64,000 nucleotides of DNA from Pirellulales bacterium (GTDB lineage Bacteria; Planctomycetota; Planctomycetia; Pirellulales; UBA1268): assembly GCA_040397545.1 (NCBI GenBank), contig JBBAVV010000002.1, positions 1,632-65,631 on the forward strand. Reading direction: 5' to 3'. Positions within the stretch are counted from its first letter, which is position 1; each line of letters opens with the position of its first letter. Under the pieces are notes generated by a model. That model saw only the letters and a program-made list of their open reading frames with translations, had not been told where the DNA came from and did no database searches. Positions 54,389 to 64,000 of the stretch are shown here, one piece after another. A program made the translations under genes and the position numbers.

Positions 54389-55606
54389 TCAGTCGTCGAG
54401 CCGGTAAAGCGCGGTGTCGGTGCGGAGGAAGAGCGCTCCGTCGGCCGCGGCGAGCGAGGCGAGGGTCCGGCCGGGGAGCTCGTTGGTCGCCAACTCCTGG
54501 AAGGTCTTCCCGGGGGCAATGACTTTCGTGACCCCATTTTCATCGGTGATGTAAATCCGACCGGCGGCGAGGAGGGGGGAAGCGGTGCAGTCGCCGCCGA
54601 GACGCTCCTGCCAGTGGACGTCACCGCTGCGGGCATCGAGGCAGGAGATGACGCCGTTGTCGCTCACGAGGTAAAGCTCGTCACCGACCAGCAGCGGCGA
54701 GGCGTTTCGCGGCACGGCCTTCGTCGACTTCCAGACGACCCGGTCGTCGCCGAGCTCCCCCGTGCCGTCGAGGGGGAGGGCATAGAACACCGGCGTGTCG
54801 TAGCCGGAGCTGACGAACGCCAGGCCGAAGCCGGTGACGGGGCGCGGTACGTTGGAGTAGCCGCCTGGATAGCGGAACCGCCAGCGTTCCTCGCCGCTCT
54901 CCGGGGCGTAGGCGATGACGAACTCACCCCCGCAACTGACAACGAGGGGCTTCCCCTCCACGTCGACGACCGTCGGCGTCGAGTAGGCCATCCGCCCCTC
55001 ACCCCGCGGCTTTCGCCACACCTCCTGCCCCGTTGCCTTGTCGAGGGCGACGACGAACTGGACATCGGTGCCATCGCAGGCGATGACGAGGAGATCGCCG
55101 ACCACGACGGGCGATCCGGCCGGGCCGTGACGGTGGTTGTAGTCGAGCTTGGTCTTCCAGAGGATCTCCCCTTCCCGCGACAGGCAGGCGGTGCCGTGGC
55201 TGCCGAAGTGGACAAACACCCGCTCCCCATCGATCACCGGCGTCGGCGAGGCGTGACTGTTTTTGGTGTGGACGCTCCCCGGCTCGGCAGGGGCGAAGAC
55301 CTCGATCGACTGTTCCAGAGCGCCGCTGCCGGCATCGAGCCGCAGCACCCGCAGTGAGCGGCCGTCGTCGACGCCGGTCGTCAGCCAGACCTTCCCGCCG
55401 GCGATGGCCGGTGAGGACCACCCCAACCCGGGGATGTCTGCCTTCCAGACGACATGCTCGGTGGGGCTCCACGTCAGAGGGAGGCCCTGTTCGTCGGAGT
55501 GACCCTGCTGCCCGGGGCCACGGAACTCGGTCCAGTCCCCCGCCCCGGCGACGGCCGTGGGAAGGAACAGGGCCAGGGCGATCGGGAGGATGGATCGGGA
55601 GGACAT
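54389..55606 (-). CDS. PQQ-like beta-propeller repeat protein (secreted)
   Basis: Signal MSSRSILPIALALFLPTAVAGAGDW. Repeated ..W......SSP.. blades. Confidence 0.75.
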   Translation of the reverse strand: MSSRSILPIALALFLPTAVAGAGDWTEFRGPGQQGHSDEQGLPLTWSPTEHVVWKADIPGLGWSSPAIAGGKVWLTTGVDDGRSLRVLRLDAGSGALEQSIEVFAPAEPGSVHTKNSHASPTPVIDGERVFVHFGSHGTACLSREGEILWKTKLDYNHRHGPAGSPVVVGDLLVIACDGTDVQFVVALDKATGQEVWRKPRGEGRMAYSTPTVVDVEGKPLVVSCGGEFVIAYAPESGEERWRFRYPGGYSNVPRPVTGFGLAFVSSGYDTPVFYALPLDGTGELGDDRVVWKSTKAVPRNASPLLVGDELYLVSDNGVISCLDARSGDVHWQERLGGDCTASPLLAAGRIYITDENGVTKVIAPGKTFQELATNELPGRTLASLAAADGALFLRTDTALYRLDD

Positions 55607-55785
55607 CGGAGGGGCTCCGGGGGAATGGGGCCGGCAGGATACCAGCGGGGGCTGCCGCCGCGTCGACAACGCTCCGGGCATGGCCTAGCCTAACGGACAG
55701 TGGACAGAGTCATCCGCGGCCCTGGCCCACTCGATCCGAATCCTCCCCGCGCCCCTGCCGGGCGCGGGCCCACTGTGGCGCCCCG

Positions 55786-57129
55786 ATGTCCCCTGCCCCG
55801 AACCCCCGCCGCGCCTCCCCCCGGCCTCCTGCCGACAGGCGGCGGCACGGCCCGCATGCCCCGGTCTCGGCCGGGGGGCGGTGGACGCCGGCCCGGCTGG
55901 CGATCGTGGGGATTCTCACCCTCGCCGCCACGGCCGTGATCGTTCGGGGGATCGTCACCTGGAACGAAGCCCGGGCGAAACGGCTCGGGATCGCCTGCCG
56001 GGAGGCCCATGAGGCCGGGGACTATGCCGCGGAGGAACGGCTCGCCACCGCCTGGAACGGCCTCGAACCGGCGGCCGCCGAGCCGCTCTTCTTCCTCGCT
56101 CAGGCTCAGCTCGGCCTCGGGAAGCAGCGCGCGGCGGCCGACACCCTCGGCCGGCTTCCCGACGGCGACCGGCTGACGCTCACGGCGCTCGGCGATCGAG
56201 CCGATCTTCTCTTTGGCGATCTCCAGGACCCGCGCGAGGCCGCCCGGACGTGCGAGCGGATCCTCGCCCTCGATCCGGCCAATGGTGAAGCGCACCGCCG
56301 GCTCTGTTTCTTTTACGCCGCCACGCTCCAGCGGGAGAAGCTCGCCGCCCAGGCCCGGAAGGCGGTCGAGCTCGGCTGCGAGACGCCGGAGACGTATGTC
56401 TACGTCGTCGGCTCCGACTGGCTGACCCTCTCCAACACCGCCGCGGTCAACGGCCATTGGCTCAAGGCCGCGCCCGACGACGAACTGTTTCTCGTCGCTG
56501 CCGCCCGCGGGTTTGTCAGCAACAGCGGTCTGGAGGAGGACGTCGCAGGGAGCGAGGTGGGGGAGGGAACGGGGGAGGAACGGCAGGTTCCCGAGCACGA
56601 TCGGCGGCTCAAGGAGCTCCTCGATCGCTTCCCCGGCAATCTCGAGATCCTCGCCTATTTCCTTCAAAAGGCGACCACCCGCGGCGACATCGACGACGTG
56701 ACGGCGCTCCTCGGCCAGGCCCCGACCGACGCCGAGGCCGACAACCGCTTTTGGCGCTTCAAGGGTTGGGTCCATGCCCAGAGCGACCAGCCGGCCGAGG
56801 CGGAGGCGGCCTACCGTCGGGCCCTCGAGATCGATCCCTATGACTTCGCCACGCAGCACCAGCTCGGGGGGGCCTTGAGGAAGGGGGGAAAGCTCGAGGA
56901 AGCGGCCGATTTTGCCCGTCTGGCGGCGCAGGGGCGGGGACTGCGGAAGTCGATTTTGGAGCAGCCGGATGTCCGCGCCATCCCTCCGCCCCTCCTCCGC
57001 GAGATGGGGAGCTACGCCGGGGGCTGCGGGGACCGCGACGTCGCCGACCGGATCGCCGCCCGCCTCGCGCAGATCGGCACGCCCTCTTCCGGCAGCGGGC
57101 CTGCTCGTTCCAAGGTGCAAATCCCTTGA
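55786..57129 (+). CDS. TPR-repeat protein with N-terminal TM anchor
   Basis: LAIVGILTLAATAVIVRGI helix followed by multiple A..Y..AL..DP TPR-type repeats. Start chosen at ATG 55786. Confidence 0.65.
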   Translation: MSPAPNPRRASPRPPADRRRHGPHAPVSAGGRWTPARLAIVGILTLAATAVIVRGIVTWNEARAKRLGIACREAHEAGDYAAEERLATAWNGLEPAAAEPLFFLAQAQLGLGKQRAAADTLGRLPDGDRLTLTALGDRADLLFGDLQDPREAARTCERILALDPANGEAHRRLCFFYAATLQREKLAAQARKAVELGCETPETYVYVVGSDWLTLSNTAAVNGHWLKAAPDDELFLVAAARGFVSNSGLEEDVAGSEVGEGTGEERQVPEHDRRLKELLDRFPGNLEILAYFLQKATTRGDIDDVTALLGQAPTDAEADNRFWRFKGWVHAQSDQPAEAEAAYRRALEIDPYDFATQHQLGGALRKGGKLEEAADFARLAAQGRGLRKSILEQPDVRAIPPPLLREMGSYAGGCGDRDVADRIAARLAQIGTPSSGSGPARSKVQIP

Positions 57130-57445
57130 CGGCGGCAGCGTGATGGAATTAGATTTCATATGGGTGGGTCGTTCGGGGATCCCGGAAAAGATTTGTCTTC
57201 CGGGATGACAAGACTCGATGGATCCAGGATCCGGGTTCGCAGCCACTTGCGGCGTCGGGTTCTGGGGCACCGGGCTCGGGGGCGTCGGCCGGGGAGTTCC
57301 CCGTCATGTTCCCGCCGATCAAGCCGAGCGGCCGGCTCGTTTGTTCCTCATCATTCGCACCTTCATCAATTTCCTCCGTAGACGTTCCCGACCGGCGTCA
57401 TTCCGCCACGGCGCGTCTGTTCGGAAGCAAGGCACCTTAAGCACC

Positions 57446-57934
57446 ATGTACCTTCCCGCGTTTCCCATCGTGCGTCCGCTCCACGCCCTCTTTCTGGCGA
57501 GCGTCGCCCTGACGGTCGCCGGCTGCGGTGCCGGCGGCCCGGCCTTTCACCCCGTCAGCGGGAAGCTGACCATCGACGGGCAGATCCCCGCCAATGTCCA
57601 GGTCTCCTTCTATCCGGTCGACGGCAAGGGGCCGATCGCCTCCGGCACCGTTGATGCCGGTACGGGGCGGTACGAGCTCACCAGCAGCGGCGGGGTCGGC
57701 AAGCCCGCCGGCAAGGGGGCGGTCGCCGGCAAGTACAAGGTCGTCCTGAATGTCGGCAGCGGCGGTGGCACCTCGAACGAGGCAATGATGGCGCAGTACA
57801 GCGGCGGCAATAATCAGGGGAAGGCTCCAGCCGTGCCGAAGGCTTCTTTCAGCAAGGAGTTCGGTTCGGCCACCACGAGCCCCAAGGAGGTCGAGGTCAA
57901 GTCGGGTGCCAACGCGATCGATCTCGCCCTGTAA
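57446..57934 (+). CDS. lipoprotein with carboxypeptidase-regulatory-like beta-sandwich
   Basis: Lipobox LTVAGC, then VSGKLTIDGQIPANVQVSFYPVDGKG..GRYEL. This is the type of small gene usually paired with DUF1559 genes. Confidence 0.65.
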   Translation: MYLPAFPIVRPLHALFLASVALTVAGCGAGGPAFHPVSGKLTIDGQIPANVQVSFYPVDGKGPIASGTVDAGTGRYELTSSGGVGKPAGKGAVAGKYKVVLNVGSGGGTSNEAMMAQYSGGNNQGKAPAVPKASFSKEFGSATTSPKEVEVKSGANAIDLAL

Positions 57935-58173
57935 TCACTGCGGGGGATCGCTGCGGTGGCCCGTTCAACGTTTGATGTCGGATTTGTCGGTCCCGGTTCC
58001 CGCGTTTTGCTTCAATTCTTCATTCCTTCGCCTGCGGATCCCGGTTGATTCGGTTTCCAGGTTCCCGTTCAAAGTCTTCTCAAGATCGATTTTCCAGGGC
58101 CGTTCAAGACGGCGGACTTCTCTCAGATTTCTCTCAGATTTCTCTCATCGGCTTCATTCACGGAGATTCACTG

Positions 58174-59238
58174 ATGTCCATGCAAACCCTCTTCAGGGGG
58201 CGTGCCCGCGGGGCGTTCACGCTCGTTGAGTTGCTCGTTGTGATCGCGATCATCGGCACGCTCGTCGGCCTGCTCCTCCCGGCGGTTCAGGCCGCCCGCG
58301 AGGCCGCCCGTCGGAGCAATTGTTCAAACAAACTCAAGCAGATGGGTTTGGCCATTCAAAACCACGCTTCTGCCAAGCAGGACGTCCTTCCTTACAACAA
58401 GGATCAGGCGATCTGTGGCAACGGCAATTCGACGACCGGCAGGAGGGAGTTCAACCTCTCCAACGACGGGGCTTGGTCGTGGGTGTTCATGGCGCTCCCC
58501 TACATGGAAGAGAATGCCATCTACAATCAGTTCACTCAGAGTCTGAATACCTACGACACGAGCACCAGCCCGAGCAATCTCTCGCTCGCTGCCAAGCCGC
58601 TGAAGGGCTTTCTCTGCCCGTCGAACACGTCGATGGATCCGGTGCGCAGTGGTCAGGCCGCCAGCTACTTCAACTGGAATGGCTACACATTCGGCGCTGC
58701 CGACTACACCGGCAGCCTCGGGCATGTGTGGGCCGGCTGGCACGACTGTGGAGCGATCCCGACGTTTACCGATCCGGAAAACAAGGGGCGGTTCAACAAG
58801 GGGCAAAACCCCGGTACGCCGTGGGTCAACGGCGAGTGCTGGGATGAGCAGGCCAACTACAACGGCGTCTTCAAGCAGGTCGGCCCGCGGAAGCTTTCCG
58901 ACATCGTGGACGGTACGTCGCGGACGATCTCCGTCTTCGAAAACATGCACTGGCGGGGCGGTAACGGCGCCAACTTCGACTACAACAGCCAAGCGGATGC
59001 TGCCTGGATCAATCCCAACGCTGTTGTCGACAGCCTGCTGAAGCCCCTCAACAACACCAACCCCGCTTGGCAGCAGGGGGCTGGTGATCAGCGGTGCCAC
59101 GGCTGGAGCAGCAACCATCCCAACGGTGCGCATGCGGGCCGGGCTGACGGGAGCGTGGGCTACTTCAACGAGAACATGGATCACTGGGTGCGTTACTGCC
59201 TCGCCACGGCCAGGGGCCGTGAGTCGCAGAACGAATAA
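58174..59238 (+). CDS. DUF1559 protein with prepilin-type N-terminal cleavage/methylation domain
   Basis: RGAFTLVELLVVIAIIGTLVGLLLPAVQAAREAARRSNCSNKLKQMGLAIQNH and C-terminal GWSSNHPNGAHAGRADGSV. Confidence 0.9.
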   Translation: MSMQTLFRGRARGAFTLVELLVVIAIIGTLVGLLLPAVQAAREAARRSNCSNKLKQMGLAIQNHASAKQDVLPYNKDQAICGNGNSTTGRREFNLSNDGAWSWVFMALPYMEENAIYNQFTQSLNTYDTSTSPSNLSLAAKPLKGFLCPSNTSMDPVRSGQAASYFNWNGYTFGAADYTGSLGHVWAGWHDCGAIPTFTDPENKGRFNKGQNPGTPWVNGECWDEQANYNGVFKQVGPRKLSDIVDGTSRTISVFENMHWRGGNGANFDYNSQADAAWINPNAVVDSLLKPLNNTNPAWQQGAGDQRCHGWSSNHPNGAHAGRADGSVGYFNENMDHWVRYCLATARGRESQNE

Positions 59239-59405
59239 TTCGATGGCGTTTTCCCCGGCTGTGGCCGGGGGACGCTCTCGATCTACGAAACGAACACGGG
59301 GCCTGCCGGCGACGGCGGGCCCCGTGGCTTTTTCGGGTATCCTCTGGCGATATCCTGTGCGGGGTGGCACGCCACCGCCGGATCCACTCTGCAGCGTTCA
59401 CCGCC

Positions 59406-61253
59406 ATGCTTCGCCCCCCTTCTTCGTCCATTCCGGGCCGGATCGCTGCGAGCGTGGCCTTGGTTGTGGCCTTGGCTATCGGCTGTGCCCGGCCGCAGCC
59501 GGCCCTCGGGCCGGGCACGCCGCTGCCGCCAGCCCGGGCCCAGCCCGCGGGTGGGGCCGGGAAGGCTCCGGCGAGCGCCGCGAAAGCCTCGCCGTTCAAG
59601 TTTGAGCGACCGGTGCGCTCCGCCGGTGAGTCGGGAGACGACCCGGTCGCCTGCCCGCGCTTCGAGGATGTCAGCTCCGCCCGCGGGCTCGAGCATGTCT
59701 ACCGCAACGGTGAGGCCGGTGGGTCGCTGATGGTCGAGGCGATCGGCGGCGGGGTCGGCTGGCTCGACTTCGACCGCGACGGTCGGTGGGATCTGTATTT
59801 CAATCAGGGGGGGGATCCGGCGGCCGTCGATCGGACCGACCAACCATTCGACCGGCTCTTCCGTCGCGTCGGCACGGCCGCGGGGGACGGGGCGGGCGGG
59901 TTTGTCGATGTCACCATCCCCGCCGGGATCCGTGAGACCGGCTATGGGCAAGGGGTGGCTGTCGGAGACTTCGACGACGACGGCTTCGATGATGTCTATG
60001 TGACGAACGTCGGCGCCAACACCCTCTACCACAACCTCGGCGACGGGACGTTCGTCGATGTGACGGCTTCGGCAGGGGTCGGCGACGAACGCTGGAGCTC
60101 GTCGGCCGCCTGGGCCGATCTCGACCTCGACGGCGATCTCGATCTCTATGTCTGCAATTATGTCCGCTACGACCCCTGCCACCCGATGGACTGCCGCAAC
60201 GTCAAGGGGGAGCCGAGGATCTGCCATCCGCGCGACGTCGAGCACTGGCCCGACGAGTGCTACCAAAATCTCGGCGACGGGATCTTCCGGCCGGTGGCCG
60301 AGGCGTGGGGGCTCGTCGGCCCCGGCAACAAAGCACTGGGCGTGGCAGTGGCCGACTTCACCAACGACGGTCGCCCCGATATCTATGTCGCCAATGACAC
60401 CACCCCGAACTTCCTCTTCGTCAACGAGGGGGTGGGAGCGGATGGGGGGATCGTGTTCCGCGAGTCGGCGACGCTTCTCGGATGCGCCGTCGACCGCAAC
60501 GGGATGGCGCAGGCGAGCATGGGGCTCGCCGTGGGCGACTACGACGACAACGGCTGGCTCGACGTCTCTTCGACCCACTTCTACGACGAGTCAAACACGC
60601 TCTACCGCAACCTCGGGGCGAGCGGCTTCGAGGACGTGACCGGGCTGGTTGGGCTCCACGAGCCGACGCTCCCGCGTCTCGGCTTCGGCACGGCGATGGC
60701 CGACTTCAATGCCGATGGCCGCCAAGACTTGATCGTGGCCAACGGGCATGTCGAGAACTACCCCGGGAACCCGCTGCTGAAGATGAAGGGGCAGTTGTTC
60801 AGCTTCACCGGGAAGCGCTTCAGGGACTGCAGCAGCGCCGCCGGGGCCTACTTCGACGAGAAGCTCGTCGGCCGCGGTGTCGCCCTGGCCGATTACGACG
60901 GCGATGGCGACCTCGACGTGGCAATCGCCCATCAGAACACCCCGGCGGCGCTCCTCGAGAACCGCTCCGATTCCGGGCACTGGCTGACCTTCCAATTCAT
61001 CGGGGAGCGGAGCAACCGGCGCGGGATCGGAGCCCGAGTGACGGTGACCAGCGGCGACCGGTCGTGGATCCGTGAGCTGTGTGGCGGCACGAGTTACGCA
61101 AGCACCCACCAGCCCCTCCTGGCCGTCGGCCTGGGGGATCGGGCGGGCCCCTGCACCGTCGAGGTGCGCTGGCCCAGCGGCGTGACGCAGCGCCTCGAGG
61201 GGGTCGCGGTCGACCAGGCGCTCCTCCTCCGCGAGCCGCTCGATGGCCGCTGA
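59406..61253 (+). CDS. CRTAC1-family protein (FG-GAP/VCBS repeats plus ASPIC/UnbV domain), lipoprotein
   Basis: Lipobox LAIGC. Repeated DFDRDGRWDL, DFDDDGFDDVYV, DLDLDGDLDLYV, DYDGDGDLDV. C-terminal GARVTVTSGDRSWIRELCGGTSYAS. Confidence 0.85.
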   Translation: MLRPPSSSIPGRIAASVALVVALAIGCARPQPALGPGTPLPPARAQPAGGAGKAPASAAKASPFKFERPVRSAGESGDDPVACPRFEDVSSARGLEHVYRNGEAGGSLMVEAIGGGVGWLDFDRDGRWDLYFNQGGDPAAVDRTDQPFDRLFRRVGTAAGDGAGGFVDVTIPAGIRETGYGQGVAVGDFDDDGFDDVYVTNVGANTLYHNLGDGTFVDVTASAGVGDERWSSSAAWADLDLDGDLDLYVCNYVRYDPCHPMDCRNVKGEPRICHPRDVEHWPDECYQNLGDGIFRPVAEAWGLVGPGNKALGVAVADFTNDGRPDIYVANDTTPNFLFVNEGVGADGGIVFRESATLLGCAVDRNGMAQASMGLAVGDYDDNGWLDVSSTHFYDESNTLYRNLGASGFEDVTGLVGLHEPTLPRLGFGTAMADFNADGRQDLIVANGHVENYPGNPLLKMKGQLFSFTGKRFRDCSSAAGAYFDEKLVGRGVALADYDGDGDLDVAIAHQNTPAALLENRSDSGHWLTFQFIGERSNRRGIGARVTVTSGDRSWIRELCGGTSYASTHQPLLAVGLGDRAGPCTVEVRWPSGVTQRLEGVAVDQALLLREPLDGR

Positions 61254-61281
61254 CGGAGCGATTCAGGCCTGACGGAGCGCT

Positions 61282-63297
61282 TCAGGGGACAGCGGCAGGC
61301 GCCTCGGGATCGGGCCGGCGGGGCGGGGCGACCGCACCTTTGAGCCGTGCAATCGTCGCTCGCTCCGCTTCGGCCTCCTGGTCGTGGTTGGTGCGGGAGA
61401 GGAGCTCGGCGAGGAAGGATCGGACCGCCAGACTCGAGGGATCGAGCTCGAGGCTCGCGCGCACCGCGGCGATCGCGTCGTCGGGGCGGCCGAGGGTCAC
61501 GAGGAGCGCGCCGCGCTGGGCATGGACGGCCGCGACCCGGGGGTTGGCACTGATGAGGCGATCGAGCATCGACAGGGCTTCACGGAGCCGGCCGCCGCGC
61601 TGCATCTGCCGGGCGAGGAATGCCATCGTCTCTCCGTCGCCAGGATCGGCGGCCAGGGCCCCCTCCCAGCAGGCGGCCGCGGCGTCCATCCGCCCGGTCG
61701 AGGCGTAGAGTTGCCCGAGGCCGCGGAGCGCCTCGACGTCGCCGGCGAGCGCGGCGACGAGCGCCCGCTGGTCGCCGCGCTCGACCCCGTCCGGCACGAG
61801 GGCGGAGATCGCCTCCTGGGCCGCCCGCGTGCTCTTCGCGGTGCCGGGGAGCGAGGCGAGGGCGAGCCCGCGGGCCCGGGCAAGCTCACGGGGGGGAACG
61901 CGCGCGGCGGCGTCGTCGAAAGGGACCAGGCCCGCGGGCGCACCGCGCGGGGCCGGAGTGGCATCGTCGGGGCGCCTTGGGACTCGGTGGTCCGACATCG
62001 CCGTATGGGCCACTTCCACGAGATCCTGCGACGGCATGTGGCAGCGGATGCACGAACCGGCGGCCGGGGGGGCGTCGCGTTCGACCGCCGGCAGCGAGCA
62101 CGGCTGCTCCTCGTGGCAGGCTTGGCACTTCGTTCGGTAGAAGGCATCGATCTCTTCCGGGGCCGGTTTGGCGTGGGGATCGTGGCAGGAGATGCAGCCG
62201 AGGGTGCCCCCGGTCCCCTGCCAGCAGCGGCTCTGCCGCATCTGCTCGACCTGGCTAACCGGCTTCGCACCGGAGGCTGCCGCGGCCCGCTCGTCGTGGA
62301 CGAACACGAGGAGTGTGTCGTCGAGGAAATCGCCGGGGCGGAAGTCGTAGAACCCGCGGCCGAAGCGGGGGATCGTCGCCTCGCCACCGAGATGGCATTG
62401 GTTGCAGACCGCTTCGCGGCGCTGCGGTTCGAGGTCGACCGGATTGACGATTCCCAAGTCGGTGGCGGTCACCCCGGGGGCAAGAGCGGCCATCGTCGCC
62501 ACGTGCTCCCCGCCGGGCCCATGGCAGCGCTCGCAGCCGATCGCCGCCTCCGCGAAAACCCGCGACGAATACCTCCCGCTGCCGTCGGCGGCGTGCTCCA
62601 CGAGCCCCGCATGGCAATGGAGGCAACCGTCCCCGATCGCCCGCTCGAAGCGCAGCCCCCGGTCGTGCTCATAGCCCGGGGAGAGCCCATACCGACCGGT
62701 GCCGCTGTACCAGCCGATCGGAGATTGGGTGAGCAGCCCGTCGTGGTCGAGAAGATAGGAGCGGCCGCGCGTCCCGGAGCCGACCGCGAACCGCACCGGC
62801 AGGCCCTGGTCGTAGATCGGCCGGCCGTCGGCGTCGAAGACGCGCTCGTGGTGGAGAACGATGCCGTCGCGCTCCTCGACCACGTACTCCCGCTCCCGAT
62901 CGGTGAACGCTCGCACCTCGCTGCGCTCCTCGACCGGCCGCTCCCCGGGCACGGTGTCCATCGCCTGGCCCATCGGGTGCTTGGCGAAGCTCTCGGCGAT
63001 CGCGGCGTGACAGCCGCTGCAGGCCTGCGAGCCGACATACCCGGAGGGGCGCGGCGCGGGGGTCTCGAGGGCCGCTACCGGTGCGCGGGGGGCCGGAGGG
63101 GAGCGGGGAACGATCGTGGCCCCAGCCGGCTCCGGACGGGCCTCCGCGCGAGGAGCCTCGACCCCCGCGGGGGGCGCAGCGTCGTTCCCCCCCTGCCCCC
63201 CGCCGACCGATGCCGGTCGCCACCACAGCGACAGCCCGGCGATCCCGACGACCACGGCAGCGGCGACGAAGAGAGCGGAGTTGCGGGACCGGGCCAT
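61282..63297 (-). CDS. multihaem cytochrome c domain plus TPR-repeat protein
   Basis: Seven CxxCH motifs (CSGCH, CLHCH, CERCH, CNQCH, CISCH, CQACH, CIRCH) followed by TPR repeats. N-terminal TM. Convergent with the CRTAC1 gene, a frequent pairing. Confidence 0.8.
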   Translation of the reverse strand: MARSRNSALFVAAAVVVGIAGLSLWWRPASVGGGQGGNDAAPPAGVEAPRAEARPEPAGATIVPRSPPAPRAPVAALETPAPRPSGYVGSQACSGCHAAIAESFAKHPMGQAMDTVPGERPVEERSEVRAFTDREREYVVEERDGIVLHHERVFDADGRPIYDQGLPVRFAVGSGTRGRSYLLDHDGLLTQSPIGWYSGTGRYGLSPGYEHDRGLRFERAIGDGCLHCHAGLVEHAADGSGRYSSRVFAEAAIGCERCHGPGGEHVATMAALAPGVTATDLGIVNPVDLEPQRREAVCNQCHLGGEATIPRFGRGFYDFRPGDFLDDTLLVFVHDERAAAASGAKPVSQVEQMRQSRCWQGTGGTLGCISCHDPHAKPAPEEIDAFYRTKCQACHEEQPCSLPAVERDAPPAAGSCIRCHMPSQDLVEVAHTAMSDHRVPRRPDDATPAPRGAPAGLVPFDDAAARVPPRELARARGLALASLPGTAKSTRAAQEAISALVPDGVERGDQRALVAALAGDVEALRGLGQLYASTGRMDAAAACWEGALAADPGDGETMAFLARQMQRGGRLREALSMLDRLISANPRVAAVHAQRGALLVTLGRPDDAIAAVRASLELDPSSLAVRSFLAELLSRTNHDQEAEAERATIARLKGAVAPPRRPDPEAPAAVP

Positions 63298-63489
63298 GGC
63301 GGCGACGAGGCTCCGATGCGGGGGGGCGATGAAACCTGGATACAGGATAGTGGCGACAGGGTGCCGGTTGCCATGCCGGCGACCGGCCCTGCCTGCACCG
63401 GGCACCCATCCGACGTTGGTGCCAGACACGGCAGTCTGGATTCGAGGTTCCCCGGGCCGCTGATCCGGTGCCTGCCGGTGCGGCCCTTG

Positions 63490-64000
63490 TCACCACCAGC
63501 CGAGGCGAGTCCACCACGACGACAGCCGGGGGCACGGCCCCACGGCGGCGCCGCCGGCGCACCGACCCGCGCACCAGTCGCAGACGTAGGCCACCTTCCG
63601 CTTGATCGTCGGCACGTCCTCCTCCACGGTCTCCTTTTTCAGTTGTTTGCGGCTGAGCACCCATGACGGGCACCGGCATCGGTCCTGGCAGCCGTTCGTA
63701 CAACCGCCGCGATTCCCGTATTTTCCCCACGGCCATGGCCTGCTGCCGCAGCCGGCGATACAAATCGGCTCGCACTCCACGTCAAATTCGACCTTCGGTT
63801 GCTTCTTCGTGCCGGGCTCGCAGACGCAGATCGCCGTAAGACCACACGTCGCGCCGCAGTGCATGCAGGCAGGAGTTGTGTCCGCTTTCGCCGTCTTCTT
63901 GGCCGACTGCTCCTGGTCGCCCTTCGCCTTCCCGGGAGCCTTCTGGTTGCTCGCATCGATCGGGTCGGCGGTGGTCTGCTCCTTGTCGTTGGCCCCGCAG
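63490..64000 (-). CDS. cysteine-rich hypothetical protein (5' end beyond window)
   Basis: The frame stays open to the window edge (..DKEQTTADPIDASNQKAPGKAKGDQEQSAKKTAKADTTPACMHCGATCGLTAICVCEP..). More than 20 Cys in the last 124 aa. Confidence 0.5.
   Translation of the reverse strand, partial: CGANDKEQTTADPIDASNQKAPGKAKGDQEQSAKKTAKADTTPACMHCGATCGLTAICVCEPGTKKQPKVEFDVECEPICIAGCGSRPWPWGKYGNRGGCTNGCQDRCRCPSWVLSRKQLKKETVEEDVPTIKRKVAYVCDWCAGRCAGGAAVGPCPRLSSWWTRLGWW

Noticed and set aside
55690-57270. 526-aa minus-strand ORF
   Set aside because: It is antisense to the TPR protein gene.
58117-58148. Three tandem copies of an 11-nt unit (TTTCTCTCAGA-like) just upstream of the DUF1559 gene
   Set aside because: It is very short and imperfect with no obvious function, and is probably slippage-derived. 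Noted only as a possible length-variable tract.
59283-60578. 431-aa minus-strand ORF
   Set aside because: It is antisense to the CRTAC1-family gene, which has repeated FG-GAP/VCBS motifs.
61384-63666. 760-aa plus-strand ORF
   Set aside because: It is antisense to the multihaem/TPR gene, which has seven CxxCH motifs.
1-64000. CRISPR arrays, rRNA genes, integrase/transposase genes
   Set aside because: I saw no regularly spaced short repeats, no rRNA-like sequence, and no tyrosine or serine recombinase or DDE transposase motifs in any frame I read. The mobile region therefore lacks an identifiable recombinase within this window.

Overview
High-GC bacterial chromosome segment. The gene content looks typical of Planctomycetota: DUF1549/DUF1553 plus DUF1501 genes, a DUF1559 protein with a prepilin-type N-terminus, PEP-CTERM tails, a CRTAC1 plus multihaem/TPR pair, and TAT-signal oxidoreductases. 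Core blocks include dapB, a PVC-type haem-binding HEAT protein, a cyanophycin-synthetase-like gene, glgE plus maltokinase, an ABC-F ATPase and a FabZ-like dehydratase. Three accessory zones stand out. (1) 0.2-4.3 kb holds two tandem polymorphic-toxin/immunity cassettes. They share a 578-bp near-identical 5' module encoding an unrecognised Ala/Gly-rich N-terminal domain, followed by different low-GC C-terminal toxin domains and small downstream ORFs. (2) 23.4-26.5 kb is a decay zone: an S53-peptidase remnant, two frame-disrupted secreted-protein genes sharing a conserved leader, and a histidine-kinase/LytTR deletion remnant. (3) 29-44.7 kb is a mosaic of three tandem, differently decayed copies of a phage/satellite-like element. 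Each has a GpA-type terminase remnant and an AlpA-like HTH gene; the most intact copy adds an HExxH protein, a ParB-like nuclease and a thermonuclease. Each carries different PEP-CTERM or low-GC cargo, and the array ends beside a tRNA-Ser(GGA)-like gene. No integrase, CRISPR array or rRNA was seen. Many long ORFs in the track are antisense artefacts of the high GC content and were not called. All family assignments come from motif recognition by eye and need HMM confirmation.
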